Of a DNA stretch of 64,000 bases, positions 9,922 to 20,178 are shown one piece after another. Where the stretch lies: the IMG/VR virus record IMGVR_UViG_3300046516_001034, positions 899-64,898 of that record; one strand, given 5' to 3'. The notes below the pieces were generated by a model. It was not told the origin of the DNA and searched no databases. It saw only the letters and a list, made by a program, of their open reading frames with translations. This DNA comes from a virus (taxonomy: Duplodnaviria > Caudoviricetes). Made by a program: the position numbers and the translations under genes. How positions within the stretch are numbered: position 1 is the stretch's first letter; the number at the start of each line of letters is the position of its first letter.

Positions 9922-11396
9922 TGACCTACCCTTATCCGATCCCCGGTTACACCACAATCCCGGTGGTCACTGGTCCTTATTTCTCTGTGGGTAACGAGTG
10001 CTGCGGCGGCAGCATGACCAATGATTGGGGCGCTACCACTAAGGTGACGTTCGATTATTCGAACCAGTTACCGGCAGGGGTGACTGTAACCAATATACTT
10101 TATGAGATTACGCCCCCTAGCGATCAGATGCTGTTGATCACTAACGCAACTCTAGCATCGCCAATCGCTACTCTCATGGTGAGTGGCGGAGGAATTGGGC
10201 AGAGTTACTCCGTCGAGTTGCAGGCAACGTTAAGTGACGGCCAGAAGTGGATCGATAGTATTACGGTTAGCGTCACCGATTGCGATACAATGATGGCGAA
10301 CGTCAGCCTTTTGAGCGGGCTGGGGCCGATTGCTATAGCAAACACCCTCTACTATAATGCTACGGCAAGTCAAACAGTATTCTATCTCGACACACCCGAT
10401 GAGTTTAATCGAACAGGCGTGCTGGCGGATAGCAATGCGCTGGTTTATGTTAACGGCCTTCGAAAAGAGCCGGTTGACGACTACACTGTCAGCGTTCGCG
10501 CTAACTCGATTACATTTATGAGCCCGCTCGCTGCGGCTACCGAGGTTACTTTCGATCTTGTCGCGCCGCCACCGCCGCCGCCGGTTTACCCCCCGCCAGT
10601 TTTGATAACTGGGGGGCTTATAGCAACTTCATTGTACTATATCGCTAGGGGCGGGCAAACAGTATTCCCCCTTTCGACGCCTGATCGGTTTAATCATGTA
10701 GGGAATATATCGACGGCGACAGGCAATGCGTTGGTTTATGTCAATGGCTCGCGACAAGAACCGAACGACGACTATTTAATCAGCCTTGGTGCTAATACGA
10801 TTACATTTACACACTCGATCCCTGCTTCTGCGGAAGTTGATTTTGATCTTGTCACCTCGCCGCCCCCAATGCCAGTTATACCACCGCCAATTTTGCTTAC
10901 GGGCGGGGTCATAGGCACTACGTTGTACTATACAGCTTTGGGCGGACAAACGGTATTTCCGCTCGGGATACCTGATGAGTTTGGCAATGTCGGGGTGATG
11001 ACGGCAAATGGTGTGCAGGTTTACCGTAGCGGCAATCGATTGACGTTTACTGATGGTTATACGCTCGATGTCACTAACAATCGAGTAACGCTTACTTCTC
11101 CTGCTGGCGACGGTGAGCCGGTTATTATTGAATTAACTACTCCTCCGCCTATTCAGGCTGTGACTGGCATAGTCATCAAGATGGAGGCGCTACCAATTAC
11201 AACAACAAATATGTTGCCCGCGCTTTCTTATGCGCCTAATGGCGTTATGATGATGTTGTTTGTTAATGGGACAGCGTTCTTTTCGATTGGTCCTCAAGCG
11301 GCGTTTACGGTCGCTAGTAACGTGTTGACGTGGACGAGTACTTTCTTTTCGGTTCCGGTGGGGGCGGCGGTCATCGCTGTATACACGCATGCTTAG
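9921..11396 (+). CDS. Tail fibre adaptor / virion protein with 3-4 tandem ~100-aa beta repeats
   Basis: Start ATG 9921; repeats YYxAxxGQTVFxL..PDxF..LVYVNG..DDY..NxITF separated by poly-Pro linkers. Confidence 0.65.
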   Translation: MTYPYPIPGYTTIPVVTGPYFSVGNECCGGSMTNDWGATTKVTFDYSNQLPAGVTVTNILYEITPPSDQMLLITNATLASPIATLMVSGGGIGQSYSVELQATLSDGQKWIDSITVSVTDCDTMMANVSLLSGLGPIAIANTLYYNATASQTVFYLDTPDEFNRTGVLADSNALVYVNGLRKEPVDDYTVSVRANSITFMSPLAAATEVTFDLVAPPPPPPVYPPPVLITGGLIATSLYYIARGGQTVFPLSTPDRFNHVGNISTATGNALVYVNGSRQEPNDDYLISLGANTITFTHSIPASAEVDFDLVTSPPPMPVIPPPILLTGGVIGTTLYYTALGGQTVFPLGIPDEFGNVGVMTANGVQVYRSGNRLTFTDGYTLDVTNNRVTLTSPAGDGEPVIIELTTPPPIQAVTGIVIKMEALPITTTNMLPALSYAPNGVMMMLFVNGTAFFSIGPQAAFTVASNVLTWTSTFFSVPVGAAVIAVYTHA

Positions 11397-14300
11397 AAGA
11401 GTACTATGGGCGTTAGTGTTCACTGGGGTAACTCTTGGAGTTACCTTGGCGCAGAACTCGCGTCAACCGGCGAACATGACAACGATCCCGGTGGTGCCGC
11501 CCCCTGCGTCGTCGCAGATACCTAATTCTTTGCAGGTGCTCGATCCTGCTGGGAGTTGGCAGACGATTGGCGGGATGACAGCGAACCCATCGCATGCATT
11601 CAGTCCGTTAGGGTCTGGGACTATTGACGCGACTTCGGTTGGCATGCGCCCCGGCGGTTTCGACAATTCGCCGTTAGTGCAAAAACTAATGGAAGAAATT
11701 TCTCCGTTAGGCGGTCCCTTCAATGGTGGAACGATCTCTTTTCCTCCCCTGCCGGGGCATACAATTACGATTTATTATTTTTCGCAGCCGCTGATAATTT
11801 CGCGAGCGATAACGCTGGATTGCAAAACAAATGCTATTGGCGGTTATGGCGGGGTATATCTGGCTTTCCCTCCCGGCATTGATGGAGTGATCCAAGAGAG
11901 CGGTCAGCTATCGCAAGATGGGGGATGGGGAAACAGTATCATACAGGGTTGCCATATCACTTCGCTCGGCGGCGGTGGTGGGTCTCTTGGGGTTTATGCT
12001 ACTGCGGGAGTGACGATTAACACGGGGGGCTCTGGCTATACTGGGAGCGGGACGCTGACGGAAGCAGGGGGTTATTGCAGTAGTGACCCTCCGGTGCTCA
12101 ACGCTACGACTTCTGGCGGCGCAATCACTTCGGTTACTATTGCTCACGCCGGTAGTTGTAACTATGACCCAAGCGGCGTCCAAAATATTTGGGCGTCGGG
12201 AGGGGGATTGAGCGCTGGAACTGGTTTTAGTATACTTTGGACGTCTGCTATAGCGATAAATCCGGGGAATAAGATAACTGGGATTTATCTGAACGCCAAC
12301 TTCGATGGCTGGAGCAATGGGGCTTGGACGTTTCCAAGTGACTGCCCGCAATCTCCCTATGGGAATGAGTGTGCGTTTGGTGTTGGCGACGGCATTCTTG
12401 CAACGGGTAAGTGGATAACCGATCAAATCGCCGTGCCGCCGGGGGATTATGTTACTGCGACAGACCCAATTCATAGAACAGTAACGTTGGCCCAACCAGT
12501 TATTGTGAGCCAAACCAATAGTGCAGCTGGAAAAGTTTGGGATTTGCCGTTTAAGGAGAGATATCTGGTTACGACAACCACAGGAAACAATGTAGCTACA
12601 GTGTTGAGCGGCCCAAATCGTGCGATTAAATCTGGCGACATGGTGTGGTCAGATGCTTTTGTGTATGGCTCGACAGTGGTGCATGTGGATAATGTCCTTG
12701 TCGGCACGCCAACAGTCAATACCGGCGGATCGGGTTATGTAGGTACATCCGGCACGATGACGTGGAACGGCATATGGTGTCATACTGGTTATAGCGCGCC
12801 GCCGGTTATCAATGTCACTGCTTCAGGGGGCGTGATTACTGGCGTCACTAGCATAGCCAATCCGGGGAATTGCTTGGGCGGCACGCCTCCCTCCGGCGCA
12901 GCGAATTGGACAGCGGGAGGCGGATTGAGCGGCGGCGTTGGCGCAAGTTTTAATACGACGTTCAATCAGCATCTCGATATGCGCCCGGTAACGATGTATG
13001 GGACTTCGCCCGCGTTGGTGACGCATACTTCGGGCTCGCCGGGGCAATTGTGGACGCTTCCTGCGGCAGTAATTCGTCGTGATCAGGCGAGACTAATAGA
13101 TAGCGCCGTGTCGGAATTTGTGGTTGGTTTGCGAATGGACTGCCATTCCGACATGCAGCCGTTGGGTGGATGTAACGACAGCTTTGACGAGAGGAACACT
13201 TATAGCGCCAATAACATTGGCCGGTTGGTTCGCGGCAACAATGCAGGAGTAAGCACTTCGATTGGCAACACCTATGGGGCCAACACTTACGCCGATATTG
13301 TAGAGGCCGCGTCAATTGGCAGCACTTACATCAGTGAAAGCAACAACAGTCAGGATAGTGGTAGCTCTGCGTATGGCACACTGGTTGGGTGTGGCGGACA
13401 GAATTTCTCGGTCTTAATCGGGATGTATCTTTCTGGTCAGGCTGCTGGGCCTTGCATGGGCGTTGACGCACAGGGTAATGAGAATATTGGCGTGCCAGCG
13501 AATAGTTGGGCGCAACCTAGTGAGCTTTTCCTCGGTTCGATCTATGGTTTGGGGACTATATCTGCCGGGACGATGGGTGGGCCGTGGGCTTTCGGCGGCG
13601 GTGATATTTATCCGACGATAACAAATACGACGACAACTTCCGGCAACGTAATAAATGTGCAAACTTCCCCCGTTCTCTATCCCGGCATGCTTATTAGCGA
13701 CATTACCCACCCCAATGCGATCCCGGCAGGGACAACTGTTACTGAGATAGGAGGAACTTCTGTCCGGTTATCGCACAATGTGACGGGCGGCGGCGTTCAA
13801 GCTGGCGATACGATTTACTTCACTAATACAGCTTCGCGCGGCGGACCTTGTGTGAATATTATTCCCGGAGTGAACGCAACGGGTGCGAACGGCATGCTGT
13901 TTGATAATGGGTGTGCGCATGGCGGGTTGGGCATTGCTTACGCTGGTTCGATTGGCGGTTGGAGTATGAACACTATCCTATGGCCGGATGACAATTATGT
14001 TGGGTATAATGGCGATGATTTACGCCTTCCTGTTTTCCATAATGGGTTGCAGATGGGCAATGGCTCTGGTAATTATTGGGGGCAGGAACGCAATCTTGAT
14101 AGCGGCGCTTCTCCTCCGTATAATTCATGGCATCTTCAGGGTGATACTCGTATTAACCAGAAGCCAGTTCCGGGGGGCAATTTAGCGTGGACAAACATAC
14201 AACTTTTTGCCACTTCGCTCTCTGCAAACATAGCAGCGGGGGCAACCTCTGTCACCGTTGCTTCTTGCCCCACACTTCCCGCCGGGACGCCAGTCATCGA

Positions 14301-14691
14301 TGAGACCGGAGTATCGAAGAATTTTGGGCAGACCCAATTAAGTCAGCCGCTCGGAACGATGAACACTTGCGCGGGTACGACGCTGACGCTGCAAGCTGGC
14401 GCTGCTAACGCTGGTAATAATGGCGACACGATCCAGTTTTTGGGTTTCCGTGCAGCAGGCACTATTTCAAATGACCCCTACGGGTTTAATTGGCCGGTCG
14501 CCACAAACACCGATATTGCTACGTTGTTGACTTATTCGCCCTGCGGCGGGGTTTCTTCCCTCGGCCTTGGCGTAGTTTACAACGGGCCAACAGCGGCGGT
14601 GGCGGGATATAACGCTCCGGTCAGCGCTGGGCAGACAGGCGGCACTGTACGTCTGGTATTCTGTGATGCAACGAGTTGGACTTACCACTAA
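11389..14691 (+). CDS. Large tail fibre/tailspike-like protein, Cys-rich, with signal peptide
   Basis: MLRRVLWALVFTGVTLGVTLA|Q; G/T/S/N-rich; tailspike-like G..PGGFDNS..GGTISFP entry; lower GC by eye. Confidence 0.7.
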   Translation: MLRRVLWALVFTGVTLGVTLAQNSRQPANMTTIPVVPPPASSQIPNSLQVLDPAGSWQTIGGMTANPSHAFSPLGSGTIDATSVGMRPGGFDNSPLVQKLMEEISPLGGPFNGGTISFPPLPGHTITIYYFSQPLIISRAITLDCKTNAIGGYGGVYLAFPPGIDGVIQESGQLSQDGGWGNSIIQGCHITSLGGGGGSLGVYATAGVTINTGGSGYTGSGTLTEAGGYCSSDPPVLNATTSGGAITSVTIAHAGSCNYDPSGVQNIWASGGGLSAGTGFSILWTSAIAINPGNKITGIYLNANFDGWSNGAWTFPSDCPQSPYGNECAFGVGDGILATGKWITDQIAVPPGDYVTATDPIHRTVTLAQPVIVSQTNSAAGKVWDLPFKERYLVTTTTGNNVATVLSGPNRAIKSGDMVWSDAFVYGSTVVHVDNVLVGTPTVNTGGSGYVGTSGTMTWNGIWCHTGYSAPPVINVTASGGVITGVTSIANPGNCLGGTPPSGAANWTAGGGLSGGVGASFNTTFNQHLDMRPVTMYGTSPALVTHTSGSPGQLWTLPAAVIRRDQARLIDSAVSEFVVGLRMDCHSDMQPLGGCNDSFDERNTYSANNIGRLVRGNNAGVSTSIGNTYGANTYADIVEAASIGSTYISESNNSQDSGSSAYGTLVGCGGQNFSVLIGMYLSGQAAGPCMGVDAQGNENIGVPANSWAQPSELFLGSIYGLGTISAGTMGGPWAFGGGDIYPTITNTTTTSGNVINVQTSPVLYPGMLISDITHPNAIPAGTTVTEIGGTSVRLSHNVTGGGVQAGDTIYFTNTASRGGPCVNIIPGVNATGANGMLFDNGCAHGGLGIAYAGSIGGWSMNTILWPDDNYVGYNGDDLRLPVFHNGLQMGNGSGNYWGQERNLDSGASPPYNSWHLQGDTRINQKPVPGGNLAWTNIQLFATSLSANIAAGATSVTVASCPTLPAGTPVIDETGVSKNFGQTQLSQPLGTMNTCAGTTLTLQAGAANAGNNGDTIQFLGFRAAGTISNDPYGFNWPVATNTDIATLLTYSPCGGVSSLGLGVVYNGPTAAVAGYNAPVSAGQTGGTVRLVFCDATSWTYH

Positions 14692-14706
14692 CAAAGGAGA
14701 ACTATA

Positions 14707-15009
14707 ATGGCGCAAGCACCTGTTAAGCCGACGACGACTTCGAAGCCGAACCCGCTGCATGGTGAAACTCAGCGTGAGGGAACGCCCATGCCGGGGACCG
14801 GCCCCAAATCCGATATGGCCCCCCATGTCGCCCCAGCGGAGGTGCCCGCTACTGACGCGACCAGAGACGAGATGAACGAGGGTAAGAAGGCGCTCACTAA
14901 CGTCGAAGAGCGCACCAAGGCGGAAATGGACGTTGGCAAGCAGATCATTGGCAGGCACCCGGAGGCCGCCAGATCGAAGCATGAGCACAAGGAAGAGGAC
15001 GACGAGTAA
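14707..15009 (+). CDS. Hypothetical acidic protein
   Basis: AAGGAG SD. Confidence 0.65.
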   Translation: MAQAPVKPTTTSKPNPLHGETQREGTPMPGTGPKSDMAPHVAPAEVPATDATRDEMNEGKKALTNVEERTKAEMDVGKQIIGRHPEAARSKHEHKEEDDE

Positions 15010-15033
15010 CTCTTAGAGTAACAATGGGAGGTT

Positions 15034-17544
15034 TTGTTGCCCACGGTGATGATCGCGGATTTCGCGGGTATGCAGCCGCTGCGCGACCCAGTACTGCTGC
15101 CGGATAACAACGCGCAGTACGCTGATAACTGCTGGCTCTACCGTGGGCAGGTGCGCGGGTTCCGGGCCGATCATTTCGTTTATGACGTGATCTATAGTGA
15201 CACCCAGTCGGTGTATCGCATACCCATCGATCCGAACGCTCCGCCGGATTTCACCACGGCGGGGTCGTACTGGCTGGAGTTTCCTGACCCCTACATGTCG
15301 GTGATCCGCAATCCTACGGTAGGCGATGTTTACAATCGGTATTACTTCTTTCCCTCTGACCAGTACGCTTCCGCCGGAGTAAACCCGGCATGGCCGGTGA
15401 CGCCGCCGCCTCCCGTGTTCAACACATTGAGCGGCATTATCGCTGGCACGCCGCCGTTTACGTTGGGCGTGCCAGCGCCTACCGGCGGGCCGCCTACGGT
15501 CACGCCGCCGTTGATGCAAGCGATCGTGTCAACCAACGCCGCGACTGCGCCGGGCGGCGACGCTTTGCATTTTGCTTCGGCGTCCACCATTCGCAAAGGG
15601 ATGCTGGCTAGCGACGTGACCGATATCCGGATCACCGCCGCGCCTACCGCCGTCGCGACCGCAGGGACGAACTACCTGACGTTCTCCAGCACTGGCTCTG
15701 GCGCTGGCGCTATCGTGGTTGGGATGTCGGTGCGCAACACTTATAATCCGGGATCGATCTTCGCCGGGTCGTTGGTGAGCGGCGTCGGTCCGACATCGGT
15801 GGCGATAGATACTCTGTTCACCGCTGATATTCAGATTGGCGAGGTGATCCAGTTCGACAACGCCAATGCGATCCCCTCCGGCACCACCGTCAAGAGCGTC
15901 GATAGCGGCACGCAGATCACGCTGGAAAACAAGGTCGTCAACGCAGGCGTGTACAGCGGCGACGTGATCCAGTTTGATACCGACGTGGCGGAAACTCGCG
16001 CCTACGTATACACCTACGTTACGTCCTATGCCGAAGAGGGGCAAACGTCGCCCGCTACTGTGGCGACCGGCGATATTGCGCCGGAGCCTAATGTGACGGT
16101 TGTTCCTACCGCAGGTGGTATTTCTACAAGCTCGCCATATATCGCCCTAGCTTATGATCCCGGCACAATTTTTCCGGGGATGAATATTTTTAATATAACG
16201 ACGAATACGCATGTTGGCACGGTTTCGTATATTAGTGGGACGACTTTGGTTCTGACAACCAATGCGACTAGCAACGGATCAACTGGCGACAGTTTGCATT
16301 TCCACATTGCAGGCTCTCAGTGGGTGATAACCATCCCTCCGCCGCCATCAATCGATGTTACTGGGAACAATATCACGCACTGTAGGCTCTACCGTACGGT
16401 GGTCGATAGCGCGGGTAACGCAACTTATTATCAAGTCGTTGAAGCGCCGCTCAACTTTTCCGGCGTTACGACGATTATCGATGACGCTCCTCCGAGCGGC
16501 ATTGTCGCCAACAAGCAACTCGACAGCATCGGCTACTCGCCCCCTCCCGCAGGTTTGCAGGGGGTGGTGATGATGGCGAACGGCATCGCCGCCGGGTTCA
16601 CCAACGAACGCGAGGTGTGGTTCTCGGCGGCGTATCTTCCGCACGCATGGCCCGCAGCTTATGCGCTTACTGTGGATTATCCCATCGTCGGGCTGACCGC
16701 CAACGGCACATCATTAAACATTCTTACGCAGGGTAGTCCCTTCATCGCTACCGGCGTGACGCCGGATACGATGACGATTGGCAAGATCACCGCCAACGAG
16801 CCGTGCATCAGCAGGGGAAGCATTGTATCATCGGGCGAGGGCGCGTATTATGCGTCGCCCAACGGCATACAATTGTTGAACACGGGTGGCACCACCAACA
16901 TCACCCTTAACATCTACGAGAAAGAGTTTCACTACACGCTGCTGCCGCCAAAGTGGGCGGCGGGGCGGTATGGCTCGACTTATGTGTCGTTCATCAAGGG
17001 GACGCCCGCCGATGGCGATCACGGCGGGTTCGCAATAGATCGGTTCGAAGAGGGTGCGAATCAATTATTTTCTTACATCCACTTCCCGGTCAACGTGCTC
17101 AACATTTACTCTGATGAGTTATCCGGGCAGTTGTTCAGTTTGATGCAGGACGGCACGGTGATGCAGTGGAACCCTCCTGTGGGCATCCCCGATGTGACGA
17201 CGTTGAGAAGCTGGGAATGGAAGACCAAGCAATTCAGGTTCACCACCCCGCAACAATTCAAGGCGTTCATGGTGCTGTTCGAGGTGCCGCCGGAGATAAC
17301 GATCACGTTGGGGCCGCGCAACACCGATCAGGGGCAGGTGTTCGATCCTGCTTCACAATATTTGCTCGTACGCATATACGCGGACGGGCGTCCAGTGGTG
17401 GTGCGGGAGGTGCAGAAGTCGGGCGAAGTGCTACTCATACCCGGCGGGTTCAAAGCGGAGATGTGGGAGTTCATGTTCGTCGGTCAAATTGGCCTTAAGT
17501 TTTTCAAAGTCGCTAGTTCGGTCAAAGAACTAAAGGCAGCGTAA
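15034..17544 (+). CDS. Tail nozzle / tail tubular B-like protein
   Basis: FAGMQPLRDPVLLPDNNAQYADNC; RAYVYTYVT..EE; WFSAAYLPHAWP; PCISRGSIV..YASPNG. Confidence 0.75.
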   Translation: MLPTVMIADFAGMQPLRDPVLLPDNNAQYADNCWLYRGQVRGFRADHFVYDVIYSDTQSVYRIPIDPNAPPDFTTAGSYWLEFPDPYMSVIRNPTVGDVYNRYYFFPSDQYASAGVNPAWPVTPPPPVFNTLSGIIAGTPPFTLGVPAPTGGPPTVTPPLMQAIVSTNAATAPGGDALHFASASTIRKGMLASDVTDIRITAAPTAVATAGTNYLTFSSTGSGAGAIVVGMSVRNTYNPGSIFAGSLVSGVGPTSVAIDTLFTADIQIGEVIQFDNANAIPSGTTVKSVDSGTQITLENKVVNAGVYSGDVIQFDTDVAETRAYVYTYVTSYAEEGQTSPATVATGDIAPEPNVTVVPTAGGISTSSPYIALAYDPGTIFPGMNIFNITTNTHVGTVSYISGTTLVLTTNATSNGSTGDSLHFHIAGSQWVITIPPPPSIDVTGNNITHCRLYRTVVDSAGNATYYQVVEAPLNFSGVTTIIDDAPPSGIVANKQLDSIGYSPPPAGLQGVVMMANGIAAGFTNEREVWFSAAYLPHAWPAAYALTVDYPIVGLTANGTSLNILTQGSPFIATGVTPDTMTIGKITANEPCISRGSIVSSGEGAYYASPNGIQLLNTGGTTNITLNIYEKEFHYTLLPPKWAAGRYGSTYVSFIKGTPADGDHGGFAIDRFEEGANQLFSYIHFPVNVLNIYSDELSGQLFSLMQDGTVMQWNPPVGIPDVTTLRSWEWKTKQFRFTTPQQFKAFMVLFEVPPEITITLGPRNTDQGQVFDPASQYLLVRIYADGRPVVVREVQKSGEVLLIPGGFKAEMWEFMFVGQIGLKFFKVASSVKELKAA

Positions 17545-18041
17545 TGGCGCGATCAATTTACCCATCAATTCCGGCTCCCGGCAACGATATGCCGAGCATC
17601 CAAGCGTCGCTTGGCGCGATGCGGCAATCGCTCAACATGTTGATCCTTAACGCCCAGAACCCGAACCCGAACTTTGCGCCGTCCAGCGCGGCGCAGGTGT
17701 TCGTCACCCACGACCAATTGAATAAGCTCAATCTGATTGGCGAAGCGGGGCCGCAGGGGGCCAAGGGCGAGCAGGGATTGCCGGGACCGCCGGGAGCGCC
17801 GGGCGCTTCGGGGCCGGGGACCACGCCATCATCCACGCTTCCGGCAATGGATGGGGTTGCAGCGGTTGGAACAAGCACGACTTACGCGCGCGGCGACCAT
17901 GTGCACCCGAGCGATACCTCCGTGCCGGTGTTCGCTACGCTTCCTACCAACGCCGTGGATGACACCGCCGCAGCGGCGGCGGGCGTTGTGGTGGGCGGCG
18001 TGTATCGTAATGGATCGATCTTGATGGTGAGGATCATATGA
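17544..18041 (+). CDS. Short fibre protein with collagen-like G-X-Y stretch
   Basis: GEAGPQGAKGEQGLPGPPGAPG; YARGDHVHP fibre motif. Confidence 0.65.
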   Translation: MARSIYPSIPAPGNDMPSIQASLGAMRQSLNMLILNAQNPNPNFAPSSAAQVFVTHDQLNKLNLIGEAGPQGAKGEQGLPGPPGAPGASGPGTTPSSTLPAMDGVAAVGTSTTYARGDHVHPSDTSVPVFATLPTNAVDDTAAAAAGVVVGGVYRNGSILMVRII

Positions 18042-18547
18042 TCAGGTTCGATGACGTCCACGCGATCCGCTGTATCGCACAAGCGGTGGGCATCCAGTTT
18101 GTCCCCCACTTGCACCATTGCATTGCCGAGTACGACGCCGACGACAAGCTCAAGGGCGGCGTGCTGTTCACGGATTTTTGGGGCGGTTCGGTCGGCATGC
18201 ATGTCGCTGGGTTCCGCAAGAACTGGGGATCGCGGGCGATCATCTATCTGGCGTTCGATTACCCTTTTCGTCAACTCAAGGTGAAGAAGATCTTCGCCCT
18301 CGTGCCAGAGTGGAACTACAACTCGCGTAACAACGCGCTGCGGATCGGGTTCAAGATCGAGTACAAGGCCGACGACGTGTTCAATTTTGAGCATGGGATA
18401 AATAGCATGTATATCATGAGCATGAGAAAAAAAGATTGCAAGTGGCTCGATATGAAGATGCCATTTATTGAGTACGCCCCGCTAGAGCGCACGAACCGTA
18501 TTGACCTGCCGCTTGCTTCACTGCCCACAGTGGGCGCGATGCAGTAA
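18038..18547 (+). CDS. GNAT-fold acetyltransferase-like protein
   Basis: AFDYPFRQLKVKKI..V...N..S......IGFKIE; typical position before ejection genes. Confidence 0.7.
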   Translation: MIRFDDVHAIRCIAQAVGIQFVPHLHHCIAEYDADDKLKGGVLFTDFWGGSVGMHVAGFRKNWGSRAIIYLAFDYPFRQLKVKKIFALVPEWNYNSRNNALRIGFKIEYKADDVFNFEHGINSMYIMSMRKKDCKWLDMKMPFIEYAPLERTNRIDLPLASLPTVGAMQ

Positions 18548-18564
18548 CTCTGGGAGTAACTTTT

Positions 18565-20163
18565 ATGGGCGGCGGCAGCAAAGGCGGGTCAGCAGACCAA
18601 TCAGGCATGATGCAAGCGATGGTGGCTGCGCAAGAAGCCGACAAGATGTATCAGCTTGGCGAGCAGCAGCTTCAGTGGTCAGAGCAAGTTTGGAACCAGC
18701 AAGAGCCTACGGTTATAGCTGCCGCCAATGCTCAGATGGCGTTGGAAGGGCAGCAAGCTGCGTCAATGCAGCAGGCGACGCAGGAAGCTGCGCAGCAGTG
18801 GGGCACCTACCAGCAGAATTATCTGCCGGAAGAGCTTAAACTTATCGGGCAAGTCAACGACTGGGCGTCGCCCGGCAACCAAGCGTTGGTGCGCGGGCAG
18901 GCGATGGGCGACATTGCCGAGCAGGGACAAGCGGGAGTGAACACCGCTGCTGAGACGCTGCGTGAGTACGGCGTCAATCCATCTGCGCCGAAATACGCGT
19001 CGCTCTATACCGAGGCGCAGCCGATGCTGGGGGCGGCGCAAGCGGCGGCAGGCACAACAGCTTCGCAAAATCTCAAGCTCCAGCAACTCGGGTTGGAGAG
19101 CGGCGTCGTCAATACCGGGCGCGGGTTGGTTAACGCGACGGGCGCGCTCACGACCGCAGGCACGCAGGCGGGCGCGGCGGGAGCGAGCGCAGCATCGGGG
19201 GCAGGTAGCACTTTGGATAGTAGTCTCACCGCAGGCTCCAACGCCAACGCTAACTCCACCCAGTTTTTCAATGCTGGCACCAACGCCATGAACTCGTACG
19301 TGAACGCGGTGAATGGCTACAATCAAGCGCAGGTTGGATTTGCCGACGCTAACGCATCAGAGATGAGCGGGCTTGGATCGGCGGCGGGCGGCATACTTGG
19401 ATTGGCGGCGATGAAATGGGCCGCCAAGGGCGGGCCGATTACGAAGTTTGATGATGGTGGTAGTGTTGATGTGGGGCCAACGGTGACATACCCTAGCGGG
19501 CAATCGGCTCCGGTCATGATGAACCGGCAGGCTGCTCCACAACCTATGCCAAGCCAACAAATGCGTGCTAACAATGCCTCATCGGGGTCCGCACTTCTTC
19601 CCTCTATTTATTCCCGTGCCGGGGGACGAGCAATTATTAACGACCCACGGCAGAGCCCGCAGGCTGATCCAAGAACCTTTCAGAAGCCGAACTATGCCGA
19701 TGGCGGAGTAGCGATGGCTGCTGGCGGCGTGTCGCCCGGTGTGACGCCAGCCGTTCCCGGCGTATCCGGCATTCCCAGTTGGGGCGGGAATACAGGGTTG
19801 CCCTCCGATGCTACGCCGGGCGGCGGCGTGCCAGCGCACGCGAGCCCGAGCATGGGAGTGGCGACCGACGACGTGCCAGCGATGCTTACGGCGCATGAGT
19901 TCGTCATTCCCAAGGATGTGGCGACGTGGAAGGGCCACGAGTTCTACGCCAAGCACATTGATCAAGCGCGCAAGGCGCAGCAAGCGTTCGCCAATCGTGA
20001 CGACATCGGGGGAGAGACCGCCCCCGGCATACCACAATCCCCGACGTTCGTTTCCCGTCCCGATCACGCAGGCGGCGCGACGGGCGGCTGGGAGACGGCG
20101 TTAGGGCAAGGACAGAGTAACCCCGGCGGATGGCCGCCTCAGGGCGGCTTCCCCACGGGGTAA
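18565..20163 (+). CDS. Internal virion / DNA ejection protein
   Basis: MGGGSKGG start, Q/A-rich helices; DDVPAMLTAHEFVIP motif. Confidence 0.65.
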   Translation: MGGGSKGGSADQSGMMQAMVAAQEADKMYQLGEQQLQWSEQVWNQQEPTVIAAANAQMALEGQQAASMQQATQEAAQQWGTYQQNYLPEELKLIGQVNDWASPGNQALVRGQAMGDIAEQGQAGVNTAAETLREYGVNPSAPKYASLYTEAQPMLGAAQAAAGTTASQNLKLQQLGLESGVVNTGRGLVNATGALTTAGTQAGAAGASAASGAGSTLDSSLTAGSNANANSTQFFNAGTNAMNSYVNAVNGYNQAQVGFADANASEMSGLGSAAGGILGLAAMKWAAKGGPITKFDDGGSVDVGPTVTYPSGQSAPVMMNRQAAPQPMPSQQMRANNASSGSALLPSIYSRAGGRAIINDPRQSPQADPRTFQKPNYADGGVAMAAGGVSPGVTPAVPGVSGIPSWGGNTGLPSDATPGGGVPAHASPSMGVATDDVPAMLTAHEFVIPKDVATWKGHEFYAKHIDQARKAQQAFANRDDIGGETAPGIPQSPTFVSRPDHAGGATGGWETALGQGQSNPGGWPPQGGFPTG

Positions 20164-20178
20164 CTCTAGGAGAGTAAC

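Noticed and set aside
9921-14691. Diversity-generating retroelement acting on fibres
   Set aside because: No reverse transcriptase; repeats are diverged protein repeats, not an adenine-specific TR/VR pair
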